64,000 bases of DNA from an uncultured Christensenella sp. (GCA_910586345.1 CAJUHC010000001.1:38164-102163); one strand, 5' to 3'; shown: positions 46,891 through 57,567, counted from the first letter of the stretch. A program made the numbers and translations. Notes: a model not told the origin generated them from the sequence alone.

Positions 46891-47670
46891 TCAGAAACCG
46901 CGCTCGGACAAGTCTTCGCACAGTTTTAAATAAAACGCGTAAACTTTCTCACGTTTTTTCTTGGACGCCGAAAACCCCGTAATTTCCGAGTGAGAAATCG
47001 AATCTTCGGAAACGTGCCCCTTATATTCCCCGAATTTTGAAGCTCCGACCGATACGAGCCCGTCGGAGCCGTCCTTTTCCCAACGCCTTGAAAATATCAA
47101 CGGAATACCCATCAGAAAGTCGTCGCGGCTTCTTTTAAGAACGGCGGAATAACTTTGGCAGTAAACTTTCCCGGAAAAACCGAAAGTCTCTTCTTCAACG
47201 TCTTTTACGCTCTGCAATTGCCTGCATACGGTCAATGCGTCGGGGTGCTTGTCGCCGAAAATTCTATACCATAAATTCACCCAAAACGCAATAAACTTTT
47301 TCAGCGGATTCGGCAAACCGTAAATCTTCGTAGCTACCTGAGAACCTTTATGCGGAGTGCATAACGTCGTAAGCGAAGCGACGGAATTTTCCATACCGAG
47401 TTTGCTTATCATATATTTCGAATCGAGCCCGCCTTTCGAATGCGCGACAAGATTGACTTTTTCCGCACCGCTTTCAGCCAAAACTCCGTTTACGAAATCT
47501 TTAAGCTGTTCAGCGTTGTTTTCTATCGAACCGAAACCGTCAACCTTCGCGTTATAAACCGCGTAGCCCTCTTTTTTTAATTTTTTCTCTATCCCGCCGA
47601 AACATCTGAAAAATTTAAAATCTTTTAAAGCTATTCCGTGAACGAGAACTATCGGATATTTGCTCTTCAT
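46891..47670 (-). CDS. Alpha/beta-hydrolase lipase/esterase
   Basis: MKSKYPIVLVHGI... and the nucleophile elbow AHSKGG (GxSxG variant). Confidence 0.7.
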   Translation of the reverse strand: MKSKYPIVLVHGIALKDFKFFRCFGGIEKKLKKEGYAVYNAKVDGFGSIENNAEQLKDFVNGVLAESGAEKVNLVAHSKGGLDSKYMISKLGMENSVASLTTLCTPHKGSQVATKIYGLPNPLKKFIAFWVNLWYRIFGDKHPDALTVCRQLQSVKDVEEETFGFSGKVYCQSYSAVLKRSRDDFLMGIPLIFSRRWEKDGSDGLVSVGASKFGEYKGHVSEDSISHSEITGFSASKKKREKVYAFYLKLCEDLSERGF

Positions 47671-47736
47671 TATAAACCTGAAATATATTACGATACCATT
47701 ATAACACGAAAATATTAAAATTCAAGTATGAAAAAA

Positions 47737-47770
47737 TACTCCCCCGCGCAATTAAACGCACGGAGAAGTA
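47737..47770 (-). terminator. Rho-independent terminator after glf
   Basis: Imperfect GC-rich hairpin followed by a U-run on the minus strand (plus-strand AAAAAA at 47731-47736). Confidence 0.5.
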
Positions 47771-47799
47771 CTTTGTTAAGGAGACCTTTTAATTGTGTT

Positions 47800-48891
47800 C
47801 TAAATTAATCGTTCGCAAACCGCCAAAGCCTTTTCAACGACGGTATCCATATTATAATATCTGTAATCGGCAAGCCTTCCGCCGAGGATATAGCCCTTTT
47901 CGGCAGCCATAGCCCTATATTTTTCCGCCAAAGCGTCGTTTTTATCGTTATTCACCGAATAATAAGGTTCGCACCCTTCTTCCCAGGCTTTGGGATATTC
48001 CTTTGTGATAACCGTTTTGGGCTGTTTCCCGAATTCGAAATGTTTGTGTTCGATTATCCTCGTATACGGAACTTCGTGCGAAGTGTAATTCACAACGGCG
48101 TTGCCTTGGTAATTTTCAGTACCGAGAACTTCCGTTTCGAATTCCAGAGTGCGGTATTCGAGTTTGCCGAGAACGTAGCCGAACAATCTGTCGGTTGCGC
48201 CCGTATAAACTATCTTGTCAGCAAGAGCTTCGAGCTCTTCCCTGTGCTCCAAAAAATCGCAGTTAAGCTTGACCTCGCTTCCGCCCAAAAGCTTTTCTAT
48301 AATAGGAGTATATCCTCCTATGGGAATACCCTGATAGGGGTCGTCGAAATAATTGTTGTCGTAAGTAAATCTTACGGGCAGACGTTTTATTATAAAAGGA
48401 GGCAATTCTTTACAGCTTCTGCCCCACTGTTTTTCCGTATAATCTTTTACGAGCTTCAGATAAATATCTTCGCCGACCATATTCACAGCTTGTTCTTCGA
48501 GATTTTTCGGCTCGGACACTCCCGCTTTCTTTACCTGTTCAGCGATTTTAGCTTTCGCTTCGTCGGGAGTTTTTATTCCCCACATACGCGAAAACGTGTT
48601 CATATTGAACGGAAGATTATAAACTTCGCCGTGATAGAAAGCCACGGGCGCGTTGATATAGTGATTGAAATCAGCGAACTCGTTTACGTAATCCCAAACC
48701 TTTTTATTTTTGGTATGGAAAATATGCGCGCCGTACTTATGAACGGTTATATTCTCTTCGGTTTCAGTATACACGTTACCGCCTATATGTCCGCGTTTTT
48801 CGACGACAAGACATTTTTTACCCCTTTTGGTAGCTTCGTGCGCGAATACAGCTCCGAAAAGCCCCGCGCCGACAATTAAATAATCATACAT
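47800..48891 (-). CDS. glf: UDP-galactopyranose mutase
   Basis: MYDYLIVGAGLFGAVFAHEATKRGKKCLVVEKRGHIGGN (FAD fold), with Glf-like sequence throughout. The ATG at 48891 has an AAGGTG RBS. Confidence 0.9.
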   Translation of the reverse strand: MYDYLIVGAGLFGAVFAHEATKRGKKCLVVEKRGHIGGNVYTETEENITVHKYGAHIFHTKNKKVWDYVNEFADFNHYINAPVAFYHGEVYNLPFNMNTFSRMWGIKTPDEAKAKIAEQVKKAGVSEPKNLEEQAVNMVGEDIYLKLVKDYTEKQWGRSCKELPPFIIKRLPVRFTYDNNYFDDPYQGIPIGGYTPIIEKLLGGSEVKLNCDFLEHREELEALADKIVYTGATDRLFGYVLGKLEYRTLEFETEVLGTENYQGNAVVNYTSHEVPYTRIIEHKHFEFGKQPKTVITKEYPKAWEEGCEPYYSVNNDKNDALAEKYRAMAAEKGYILGGRLADYRYYNMDTVVEKALAVCERLI

Positions 48892-48972
48892 ATTATACAC
48901 CTTAATTTTTACGTCTGAAAGCCGTCATTAAGTTTGTGTAACCGCAATTAATACACGTTTAAAACGCAAACA

Positions 48973-49941
48973 TTACATCAAAAGAGCGGCGGCGCCGTAA
49001 GCGCCCGCCTTTCCGCCGAGCGAAGCGGTAACCACTTTTACGGGCGCAAAATCCGTTCCCGCGAAAATTTCTTCATCCAAAAGTTTCTGAACGGGCAAAG
49101 TAAGCCTTTCTTTCTGTCCGCTGACTCCGCCTCCGAACATCACGACTTCGGGTCTGAAAACGTTCGCGATATTCGTTACGCCTATCGCAAGATGTTTTAT
49201 GTACCAATCGACGACTCTTTTCGCCGCTTCATCCGTATCCGAATACTCGAAAGCAGTCAAACCCGTAACAGTTTCGGGAGTGTATTTTTCCCACATCGCG
49301 GAATTTGTATCCGCGCGCATCTCTTCGCGCGTTTTTCTCATAAGCGCCGACGCGGAAGCGTAACATTCGAAACAGCCTTTGCGTCCGCAGGAACAAGGAT
49401 AACCGTCTGTTTCTATGACGGTATGCCCTATTTCCGTGCCGACCGATTTACCGCCCTCGAACAATTGTCCGTCGACGACTATTCCGCCGCCGACGCCCGT
49501 TCCGAGCGTAACCAGGATACTGTCCTTGTATTTTCTGCCTGCGCCGAACTTGGCTTCGCCCAATGCCGCAGCGTGAGCGTCGTTCGTTATTTTAACGGGC
49601 AAACCGATTTTATCGGAAATTTCCTTTTGCAGAGGAAAATATTTCAGACCGAGATTACCAGAAAAAACGACAAAACCGTTTTTACTGTCTATCAGTCCCG
49701 GACAGCCTATACCGACGCCTTTTATGTCGGTCTTGTATCCGCCGATAGTCTGTATCATTCTGTTTATGAGAGTAACTATGTTATCGCACATAGCCGAACC
49801 GCCGTTTTTACAGCCTGTTTCGATACAGTCCTTGCATAGTTCGGTACCGTCGCCTCTCAAAATCATACCCTTTACGGACATTCCGCCGATGTCTATTCCT
49901 ATATATTTCTTTACACTGTTTCCGGTATCGGTAATTTTCAT
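48973..49941 (-). CDS. ROK family sugar kinase (glucokinase-like)
   Basis: IGIDIGGMSVKG ATP motif and the zinc motif GHTVIETDGYPCSCGRKGCFECYAS. Confidence 0.85.
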   Translation of the reverse strand: MKITDTGNSVKKYIGIDIGGMSVKGMILRGDGTELCKDCIETGCKNGGSAMCDNIVTLINRMIQTIGGYKTDIKGVGIGCPGLIDSKNGFVVFSGNLGLKYFPLQKEISDKIGLPVKITNDAHAAALGEAKFGAGRKYKDSILVTLGTGVGGGIVVDGQLFEGGKSVGTEIGHTVIETDGYPCSCGRKGCFECYASASALMRKTREEMRADTNSAMWEKYTPETVTGLTAFEYSDTDEAAKRVVDWYIKHLAIGVTNIANVFRPEVVMFGGGVSGQKERLTLPVQKLLDEEIFAGTDFAPVKVVTASLGGKAGAYGAAALLM

Positions 49942-49945
49942 AAGC

Positions 49946-50971
49946 TTATCCTAATTTAACTTTTTTACAAAGAATATCGTAACCTTTACACATTATCCAC
50001 CCTCTCATACGCCAGGGAAGATAATTTACCGCCGTCGCGTAGGAACGGCTTCTCAAACGTCTGTACAACGCTTTGTCCTTTTCCTTAATATGCTTCCACA
50101 TAGCTTTTAAAGCCTGCTTACGCTCGGGCGAATACTCCGCACATATAAACAACAGCGTCGTCATCATAAGAGCTTCCAGCGAGTGCCACATATATTTTCT
50201 AAGCCCCTTGGGCATTTTTTTTATTTCTGCCCAAGTATAAGCGTCGGTCATTCTCAGCATTACTCTGATTTGCTGTTCGTATCTCTTTACGAAATTGGCT
50301 TTATTCACCGATTGGTCGCTTCTGCCGATAAAATAATGATAAAGATTAAGGTTAAGATAACAAACAGTCTGCATATACGGCAAAGGCTGATACGCGTAAA
50401 TATTATCCACATAAAAAGTGTGTTCGGGAAGAACGGTACCGCTTTGCAACAGTTTTTCACGCTTATAAAGCAGAGCGTGCATAAGCATCATATGCGAATA
50501 CCTGAATTTTTTAAGTTTATCCCAACCGCATATTTCGCCTTCGGGAAGTTTGTCTCCGTACGCGCTCACGTGGCGCGTATTTTCATAAACTTTATCGTAA
50601 ATGAAGTTAGTCACATACAAATCGGGAAGGGTATTTTCCGACTGATGTTTCTTTATCGTATCGAGGAGCTGTTTCAAAGCCTGTTCGTCGAGCCAATCGT
50701 CCGAGTCCACGACTTTATAATAAAGTCCCGACGCGAGATTTAAACCCGCGTTTACTCCCGAGCCGTGACCGCCGTTTTCCTTGTCTATGACTTTAACGAT
50801 ATCGGGATATTCTTCGGCGTACCCGTTAGCTATTTTCAACGTGTCATCTTTCGAACCGTCGTTTACAATAATGACTTCTACGTCGTTACCGCCCGTCAGC
50901 AGGCTGTCTATACATTTACGCATATACTCCTGCGAATTGTAGCTGGGTACGGCAAAACTGATTAATTTCAT
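49946..50971 (-). CDS. Family 2 glycosyltransferase
   Basis: ISFAVPSYNSQEYMRKCIDSLL...VIIVNDGSKDDT and a DSDD motif. Confidence 0.85.
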   Translation of the reverse strand: MKLISFAVPSYNSQEYMRKCIDSLLTGGNDVEVIIVNDGSKDDTLKIANGYAEEYPDIVKVIDKENGGHGSGVNAGLNLASGLYYKVVDSDDWLDEQALKQLLDTIKKHQSENTLPDLYVTNFIYDKVYENTRHVSAYGDKLPEGEICGWDKLKKFRYSHMMLMHALLYKREKLLQSGTVLPEHTFYVDNIYAYQPLPYMQTVCYLNLNLYHYFIGRSDQSVNKANFVKRYEQQIRVMLRMTDAYTWAEIKKMPKGLRKYMWHSLEALMMTTLLFICAEYSPERKQALKAMWKHIKEKDKALYRRLRSRSYATAVNYLPWRMRGWIMCKGYDILCKKVKLG

Positions 50972-50975
50972 ATTT

Positions 50976-51773
50976 TTATACCAGATATTTTTTCTTTAAA
51001 GTAATTATGTCCTTATCGGTAACTTCTAAAACTTGTTTGCAATATTCCGCTATTCCGCCGTATCGGGCTTTCATATCGTTGATAACGGTTTCGAGATATT
51101 CGCGTTTGGTACGCATAAAACCGAAAAGTATTTTCTTTAACTTCAAAGAAACGGGAGCAATGGCAAGCACGAACCTGTTCAAAGAATATTGCTTTCTCCA
51201 GAATTTCCGTGAAACCAAATAGTCGGATATAATCGTTTCTTCGTCTGCGCCCAGCAGAGCTTCGACAAGCATTGCGCAGATACCGCCTCGGTCCTTACCG
51301 CTCGTACAATGCCACAAAACAGTACCTTCTTCCTCAATTACAATACGAAGAAATTTTTTGAGTTCCTGTTGAGGCTGTTCGTTAAAAAGTATACTGCGGT
51401 AAGTTTCAATCATATAATTGTCCGCGGTCCCGAACTCATCTTTAATGCGTCTGCTTTCTTTGAGCATAGTATGACGCATACTGCTGTCTGAGGTGACCCC
51501 GGGCGTAGAAGTGCACAATACGGGAAGCCAAAAATAATTTATGCCGTCAATTTGCGTATCGGGATGCTGCTGTCTTTCGGTGCTTATACGAAGGTCTATG
51601 ACAGTCGTAACCCCGATTTTTTTAAGCGCGGCAATTGTGCAGGCAGGCAAATCGGAAAGCTTACCGCTACGGATAAGCTTTCCTCTTTTTATTTCCAGCC
51701 CGTCCGACGTCGGCAAACCGCCGAGGTCGCGGGTGTTATTTAATTTTTTAAGCTTTAAACGCTTAATAACCAT
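50976..51773 (-). CDS. Protein-tyrosine phosphatase-like protein (CX5R type)
   Basis: HCTSGKDRGG active-site loop. Overlaps the upstream stop in a TAATG arrangement. Confidence 0.75.
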   Translation of the reverse strand: MVIKRLKLKKLNNTRDLGGLPTSDGLEIKRGKLIRSGKLSDLPACTIAALKKIGVTTVIDLRISTERQQHPDTQIDGINYFWLPVLCTSTPGVTSDSSMRHTMLKESRRIKDEFGTADNYMIETYRSILFNEQPQQELKKFLRIVIEEEGTVLWHCTSGKDRGGICAMLVEALLGADEETIISDYLVSRKFWRKQYSLNRFVLAIAPVSLKLKKILFGFMRTKREYLETVINDMKARYGGIAEYCKQVLEVTDKDIITLKKKYLV

Positions 51774-52831
51774 TACAATGCTTTTGCCGCGTTGAAAGCA
51801 ACTTCCTTTTCGTCTCTTGCAACAATCGCATATACCGCGTTTTCAAATGCTTTTTCTATTTTTGCGGTATACAATTCTTTTTCTTCTGCTTTAAGTTTGG
51901 GATTTTCGGAAGCTTTGACAATCGCATTATACTTCATAACTGCCGCATTGACCTGCGATTTGGCTTTGAAATATTCCTTTTCCGCATTGGATTTCGTAGC
52001 TTTGTCTTCCCAGAGTTTCATAGTATTTTCGGCTTTAACGATTTTCTCAGTAGGCGCGTTTTTAGCGACGAGTTTTTCATACTTAGCCTTGGAACTCTTA
52101 GCCATTTTGTTATTATCGGGGAAGATAATAAGGAAGATAAAGAAGAATATCGCCATAGATACGCCGCCCGTAAGCACCGTCTTTATTAAACCTGCGACAA
52201 CGTCGAGTCCCGGGCTCTGATACCAGCCCCAGTGAGTAAAGAATACGTTGCAGATGCCCCATACGGCGTTTGTAAATACGGAAACAAGCACCCAACCTAT
52301 GAAATACCACAAAGCCTGCAACCAGGGATTACCGTGCGAACGGTAAGTTATGTTTCTCTGTAAGGGGAAGTTAATGCACTGAGCGGTAAATACCGCGATT
52401 TCAAACGCTATAAAATATCCCCAGCCGTTATTGTCTCCGAATATAACGTACGACGCGCCGTTATTCGTAAACGAACCCAAAGTTATATTGGGCCAGCCCA
52501 CCGTTATTTGCGGGAAAACGCTTTGGGGGAACGCATAAGGCAGGAACGTCATAACGATAAACTGCCAGATAGTCACAGCCTGCGAGAAAACCACAAGGAA
52601 AAAAATCTTATAAATCAAATCCGAGCCCTTGGGATGTTTGTCGCAAAAGCCGTACCAGGTCCCGAGCCACCAGCGGCCTATTTTCTGAAAGAACCTTAAA
52701 AACCCGTTTTTCGAAAGAGGTTTAACCTGTTTTTGCAAGTCCTCTACGGTATATTTACTTATATCCGCTTTGGATACGGACGCGTCCGCCGCTCCCGCGG
52801 CTTCGGCAGTTTCTTTTACTTCTTCACTCAT
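51773..52831 (-). CDS. Polytopic membrane protein with a Lys/Ala-rich C-terminal tail, function unknown
   Basis: 352 aa with several hydrophobic helices. ATGA overlap with the GH3 stop. Confidence 0.5.
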   Translation of the reverse strand: MSEEVKETAEAAGAADASVSKADISKYTVEDLQKQVKPLSKNGFLRFFQKIGRWWLGTWYGFCDKHPKGSDLIYKIFFLVVFSQAVTIWQFIVMTFLPYAFPQSVFPQITVGWPNITLGSFTNNGASYVIFGDNNGWGYFIAFEIAVFTAQCINFPLQRNITYRSHGNPWLQALWYFIGWVLVSVFTNAVWGICNVFFTHWGWYQSPGLDVVAGLIKTVLTGGVSMAIFFFIFLIIFPDNNKMAKSSKAKYEKLVAKNAPTEKIVKAENTMKLWEDKATKSNAEKEYFKAKSQVNAAVMKYNAIVKASENPKLKAEEKELYTAKIEKAFENAVYAIVARDEKEVAFNAAKAL

Positions 52832-55227
52832 TTCTTTGCCTCCTTTTTAACTTTTTCCTTTGATAAGAATCTGCCAACGCCCTTAAAGAAGTGACCGTTG
52901 AACATCAGAAGTAACGCTTCCATTTGTCTGCGGCTCATACCGCCGAATTTCGCAAGCCCCCTCACGGGCTGATGCAGTACGCCCATAACGAGCGTGTTCG
53001 CAAGCGAACGCATTCCGAAGCCCTTGCACGCTTTGATAGCAAAGCGTATAACGCCCGAGAACGCTCTGCCTACCCACCGTTTCGAATATCTCAAATCGGC
53101 GATAGTACAGTTTTCATGTATAACCATTCTCTTCTTTTTATAGAAATTATATCCCGAATAAGGAATATCCCTTCCGAGAAGTTCTTTGAATTCTCCGTCG
53201 CCGACGTTCGCAACGTTACCGCTGTAATACGAAGGAAGTTTCCCGCTGTCGTAAGGAACAACGTCGGTAGTGCCCTGCTTAATTACACTCGCCGTAAGGC
53301 GGATATCCGCCGAGCTCGCGCCTATATAGAGCTGATATTCTCCGGCCTCTATTTCCCACTTATCAGTCTTTACGTTGAAATAGCGGAACGTCTTGTCGTC
53401 GAAAGCTATATTAACGTTCTTGCTTTCGCCCGCTTTAAGATAAACTTTCGCAAAGCCTTTCAATTCCTTTGCGGGACGGAAAACTTTTCCGTCCTTTTTG
53501 CCGACGTAAAGCTGAGCCGCTTCCGCGCCGTCGTATTTGCCTGTATTTTTAACGGTGAACGAAACTCCGTTTGCGTCCGCTTTGACGTCGGAATATTCGA
53601 AAGTCGTATAAGAAAGTCCGAAACCGAACGGATATGCGACTTCAACGTTCGCCGTATCGTAATACCTGTACCCGATATAAAGTCCTTCGCGGTACTCTAC
53701 CGTCATCTGCTTGCCGGGGAAATGGGAAGCCGAGGAACAATCGCCGTATTTCACAGGGAAAGTTTCCGCAAGTTTACCCGAAGGATTGACCTTACCCGTG
53801 ATTACGTCGAGCATAGCGCCCGCGCCCGCCTGACCCGTAAGACAGCCGTAAACAATCGCGTTCGCGTCTTTGCACCAGTCGGTTTCAACCGCGCTTCCGC
53901 ACGAAAGAACAAGAATAAGCTTTTTGCTGTTAGCTCTTACCTGTTTATATAAAGCAATCTGGTTTGCGGGAATTTTTATCTGCTCCCTGTCGAGTCCTTC
54001 CGCTTCCGACACCTCGTCGAGTCCGAGACAAAGAATTACGTTGTCGACTCTCTTGGCGAGTTTAACCGCTTTTTTTATAAGTCCGTTCTTATTTTTGCCG
54101 TATCTGTCGAAACCTTGTTCGTAACCTATAAAGTTTACTTCGTGTCTGTTTTCGAGTATCGTAGTAAGTTTTGTGGGATTAACAATCGAAGAACCCGCGC
54201 CCTGATATCTCGGCAGGTGCGCGAAATCGCCGATGAGCGCAGTTCTCGTATCTGCGGACACAGGAAGAACACCGTCGTTCTTTAACAAGACGATGCTCTC
54301 TTCCGCGCATTTGCGCGCTATTTCGTGATGAGCCTCGACGTCGAAAGGTTTTCCTTTTTCCGTTTGAGTGGTTCTCTCTATCAACGTGAGAATACGTTCG
54401 ACGCATTCGTCCACGTATTTAATATCGAGCGTACCGTCTTCGACAGCCTTGACTATATCGTCCGCGCCGTATTTGCACGATGGCATTTCAAGGTCGCTAC
54501 CCGCCGCAGTGGAAGCTACTTTGTCGTTACAGCCGGCCCAGTCCGAAATCACGACGCCGTCGAACCCCCATTCCCCGCGGAGTATGTCGCGTATAAGGTG
54601 GTCGTTTTCGTCCGCGAACTTGCCGTTAATCATATTGTAAGAAGACATTATGGAATTTGTTTTGCCCTCTCTCACTGCAATTTCAAATGCGGTAAGATAA
54701 ATCTCGCGCAAAGTTCTTTCATCCATTACGGAGTCTGTAACCATACGTCTCTCTTCCTGGTTGTTTGCGGCGAAATGCTTCACGCAAGCCGAAGTTCCCT
54801 TCGACTGAATACCGCGTATATACGAAGCCGCCATTTTACCCGCGAGATAGGGGTCCTCCGAAAAATATTCGAAGTTTCTTCCGCAACGGGGATTGCGCTT
54901 CATATTCGTGCCGGGACCGAGAAGAACGTTTACTTTCTGCGAAGCCGCCTCCTCGCCCAGAGCTTCGCCCATCTTTTCGCCAAGCTCTTCGTTCCAACTG
55001 TTTGCCATCGCCGCCGCCGTAGGGAAACACGTAGCCGGAATACTCGCGTTCAGTCCCAAATGGTCAGCCGCGGCGGCCTGTTTCCTTATTCCGTGAGGTC
55101 CGTCCGATAAAAACAGCGACGGAACTCCCAGCTCGGGATAATCCTTGGTCTGCCAGAAATCTTTGCCCGTAAGCAAGTCGGCTTTTTGGCGGACTGTCAG
55201 TTCGTTTATTATTTTTTGTTTGTCCAT
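52828..55227 (-). CDS. Glycoside hydrolase family 3 beta-glucosidase
   Basis: LSDGPHGIRKQ, GFDGVVISDWAG (nucleophile region) and an Fn3-like domain. 799 aa. Confidence 0.9.
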   Translation of the reverse strand: MDKQKIINELTVRQKADLLTGKDFWQTKDYPELGVPSLFLSDGPHGIRKQAAAADHLGLNASIPATCFPTAAAMANSWNEELGEKMGEALGEEAASQKVNVLLGPGTNMKRNPRCGRNFEYFSEDPYLAGKMAASYIRGIQSKGTSACVKHFAANNQEERRMVTDSVMDERTLREIYLTAFEIAVREGKTNSIMSSYNMINGKFADENDHLIRDILRGEWGFDGVVISDWAGCNDKVASTAAGSDLEMPSCKYGADDIVKAVEDGTLDIKYVDECVERILTLIERTTQTEKGKPFDVEAHHEIARKCAEESIVLLKNDGVLPVSADTRTALIGDFAHLPRYQGAGSSIVNPTKLTTILENRHEVNFIGYEQGFDRYGKNKNGLIKKAVKLAKRVDNVILCLGLDEVSEAEGLDREQIKIPANQIALYKQVRANSKKLILVLSCGSAVETDWCKDANAIVYGCLTGQAGAGAMLDVITGKVNPSGKLAETFPVKYGDCSSASHFPGKQMTVEYREGLYIGYRYYDTANVEVAYPFGFGLSYTTFEYSDVKADANGVSFTVKNTGKYDGAEAAQLYVGKKDGKVFRPAKELKGFAKVYLKAGESKNVNIAFDDKTFRYFNVKTDKWEIEAGEYQLYIGASSADIRLTASVIKQGTTDVVPYDSGKLPSYYSGNVANVGDGEFKELLGRDIPYSGYNFYKKKRMVIHENCTIADLRYSKRWVGRAFSGVIRFAIKACKGFGMRSLANTLVMGVLHQPVRGLAKFGGMSRRQMEALLLMFNGHFFKGVGRFLSKEKVKKEAKK

Positions 55228-55369
55228 CAGTTTTTGTTACACCTTAACAAATTTTTATGGAATTATACAATATTGAGAAACAAAATTATATAACATTAGC
55301 GTAACCTGCAATTTACGCATCGTAATTTGCAGGTTACTCAACTGTTTTATTTGTAAATTCCCTTAGTTT

Positions 55370-57550
55370 TTATCTCTCGACGTATTTGCCTGCTATAAAA
55401 GACGTAAACTGCGTCTTAGCGCCGTCGAAATTGCTTTTACCGCGTTCGTTGACGATATACCTGATTCCGCCGTTCGTTTTCTTGTCGCCGAAATTGAGAA
55501 AATTCGCAATAGCCATATGCTCGACGTGAATACCCTCGTTCGACGGAAGCTCTATTGCGTGGTCGAGGGTAAATATATTTTTAAGCCTGCTGCTTGCAAC
55601 GTAGTAAACGCCTATTCCGTAAGCGGTATGATTTTTAACACCGTCAGCAACTTTATAACTCGCATAACCCTGATAAGTTTTGCCGTTCCACTCCGACATC
55701 CATTCGTCCTGTGCGTATTCGGGATTTTCTTCCGTCGCGCCGTCCGCAAGGCGGGAAGGCACGTCGTAAGGAGTTTCCGACTGATAGAAAGCCATAAAAC
55801 CGTGTTCGCCTTTCCATATCGTCTGATACTCGTGGAAATGCTCTACCATAAGCCCGTAAATCGTCACGTAATCGCCGTTTACTATCACGCCGTTCTTGGT
55901 TTTGTTTATATCCCAACCTACCGTACCGCTGTTGCCGTGGTCCGCGCGCCATACCCAGAAATTATCGCCTACGACGTCGTTGGAATTTATTTCGAGCGTC
56001 AAATCAACCGAAGTCGCTCCTTTATCCGCTCCGCCTATGCGGTAATAAACGTCGTTCAGTACGGTAGGATTTTCATTGTGGCGCACTTGCGTCTTTTTAT
56101 CTCCGAGCCGTAAAAGATTTTGGGAATATTCGCCCGCGTCGAACATAATGCCGCTGAGCTGTACTCCGTCCACGTCGCTTACGCTCATTATGGTATCCTT
56201 ATTATTACCCGCAAGCTTTAACGTCGCAAGCCCCAAACCCATAACAATAGTATCGGGTTTCGTAACCAGCAACGGACTTTCTATATCGTAAATGCCTGCG
56301 GTAAACAGAATATGTTTTCCGTTGTTTAAAGCCGCGTTAATGGTCTTTGCGTTGTCTCTGTCCGAACGCGCGACGTAGAATTTATCGAGCGATATATATT
56401 CGTCGTAGTCGTTGAGCGATTCACCGTTTTCCGACCAGCTAACGCCTGACGAATTCCTTTGCAGTGCAGGACGGCAAACGTAATATCCGTCGTCGAAAAC
56501 GAGGTAAGGCTTTTCGCGCATAACGTTGGTGGTTTCGAGAACAGTAACGCGCCTTTCGGGCCAGGCGTAAGTTTTATCGGCAAAACCGCCCGTACATCCC
56601 GAATAGACCATATTTATATCGCAGCCCGACCATTTATTCCAGCTTGAATTGCGCGTAAACCACTGCTGCTGTATGCTTCCGTCGATATTTCCCGAAACTA
56701 CCGTGTCGGAAATAAATCCGCCCGAAGCCCAGGGGGTTTTACCCGTATCGTGAAGAGTGAGATTGCCGTTTACTTTCATACGGCGGAAACTCGTCGCCTG
56801 CGAAACCGACCACTGTACGTCACTGTTTACGGTCATATTATCTATACCGCACCAGAAGTTACAGGTCGAATTTCCTCCCGAAAGCTCGCCCTTTGTATAA
56901 AAACCGCCGAGTTCCACTCCGGTAGGCAGATAATCGAGTCCCGAAAAGGTCATATAATAGCGCATTTGAAGGTTCAAATCGTTATACTTTCCTTTCTTGA
57001 AAAGTCCTGCATAACGTCCCTCGCCAAGCAGCCTTTCGCCCGTTTCCACCCATTCGCCGTCTTCGTTTTGCTCGTATACGGGTTCGTAAATCTCTTTCCA
57101 GGCAAACTGGCTCGTATTGTTTTTGAACCTGTCTACGTCCGCCTGAACAAGTTCCTGATTATCGTAGGGCGAATATATATGCGTATTTTTGCCGAACGTA
57201 TCCAATTCGTACGAATATATTTCGGAAGAAATAACTTCTTCTCCGTTCATTGCGTCTACCCTGTAATAACCGTACTTATCGAAACTTACGAATTCGCATT
57301 CCGTTTGCGCTATTTCGAACTTATAGTCGCCGAAACGGCTTTGACTGTGATATATTCTGTATTCAGTCGCGTTCTCGACTTCTTTCCATTTGATTTCAAC
57401 CCCGTTTTCCGTAAGAGTAGCGTTATTTTCCCATTCCGGTATCACCGTTTCGTCTTCCTTTCCGGGATTTCCGATACAGCCTGCAAGAGGGACGAGCAAG
57501 CTGCCTGCGATAATTCCTCCTAAAATCAGAGCCGTTAATTTTTTTCTCAT
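55370..57550 (-). CDS. Lipoprotein with a probable right-handed beta-helix glycosidase-like domain (family not assigned)
   Basis: Trimmed to the ATG at 57550 (GAGGAGG RBS). Lipobox PLAGC. The C-terminal part has an INAALNNGKHILFTAGIYDIESPLLVTKPDTIVMGLGLATLKL segment. The fold call is pattern recognition only. Confidence 0.45.
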   Translation of the reverse strand: MRKKLTALILGGIIAGSLLVPLAGCIGNPGKEDETVIPEWENNATLTENGVEIKWKEVENATEYRIYHSQSRFGDYKFEIAQTECEFVSFDKYGYYRVDAMNGEEVISSEIYSYELDTFGKNTHIYSPYDNQELVQADVDRFKNNTSQFAWKEIYEPVYEQNEDGEWVETGERLLGEGRYAGLFKKGKYNDLNLQMRYYMTFSGLDYLPTGVELGGFYTKGELSGGNSTCNFWCGIDNMTVNSDVQWSVSQATSFRRMKVNGNLTLHDTGKTPWASGGFISDTVVSGNIDGSIQQQWFTRNSSWNKWSGCDINMVYSGCTGGFADKTYAWPERRVTVLETTNVMREKPYLVFDDGYYVCRPALQRNSSGVSWSENGESLNDYDEYISLDKFYVARSDRDNAKTINAALNNGKHILFTAGIYDIESPLLVTKPDTIVMGLGLATLKLAGNNKDTIMSVSDVDGVQLSGIMFDAGEYSQNLLRLGDKKTQVRHNENPTVLNDVYYRIGGADKGATSVDLTLEINSNDVVGDNFWVWRADHGNSGTVGWDINKTKNGVIVNGDYVTIYGLMVEHFHEYQTIWKGEHGFMAFYQSETPYDVPSRLADGATEENPEYAQDEWMSEWNGKTYQGYASYKVADGVKNHTAYGIGVYYVASSRLKNIFTLDHAIELPSNEGIHVEHMAIANFLNFGDKKTNGGIRYIVNERGKSNFDGAKTQFTSFIAGKYVER

Positions 57551-57567
57551 TATATCCTCCTCAAAAT

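Noticed and set aside
52924-53952. Very long antisense ORFs opposite well-supported genes. Examples are 52924-53952 (342 aa), 48040-48879, 36261-37061, 54325-55110, 56750-57523, 60977-61765, 26079-26885 and 8316-8978.
   Set aside because: Each lies entirely inside a gene with strong family motifs on the other strand. Their translations are low-complexity and Arg/Phe-rich with no motifs, and they have no RBS. They are shadow ORFs that arise because the sense strand avoids codons whose complements are stop codons.
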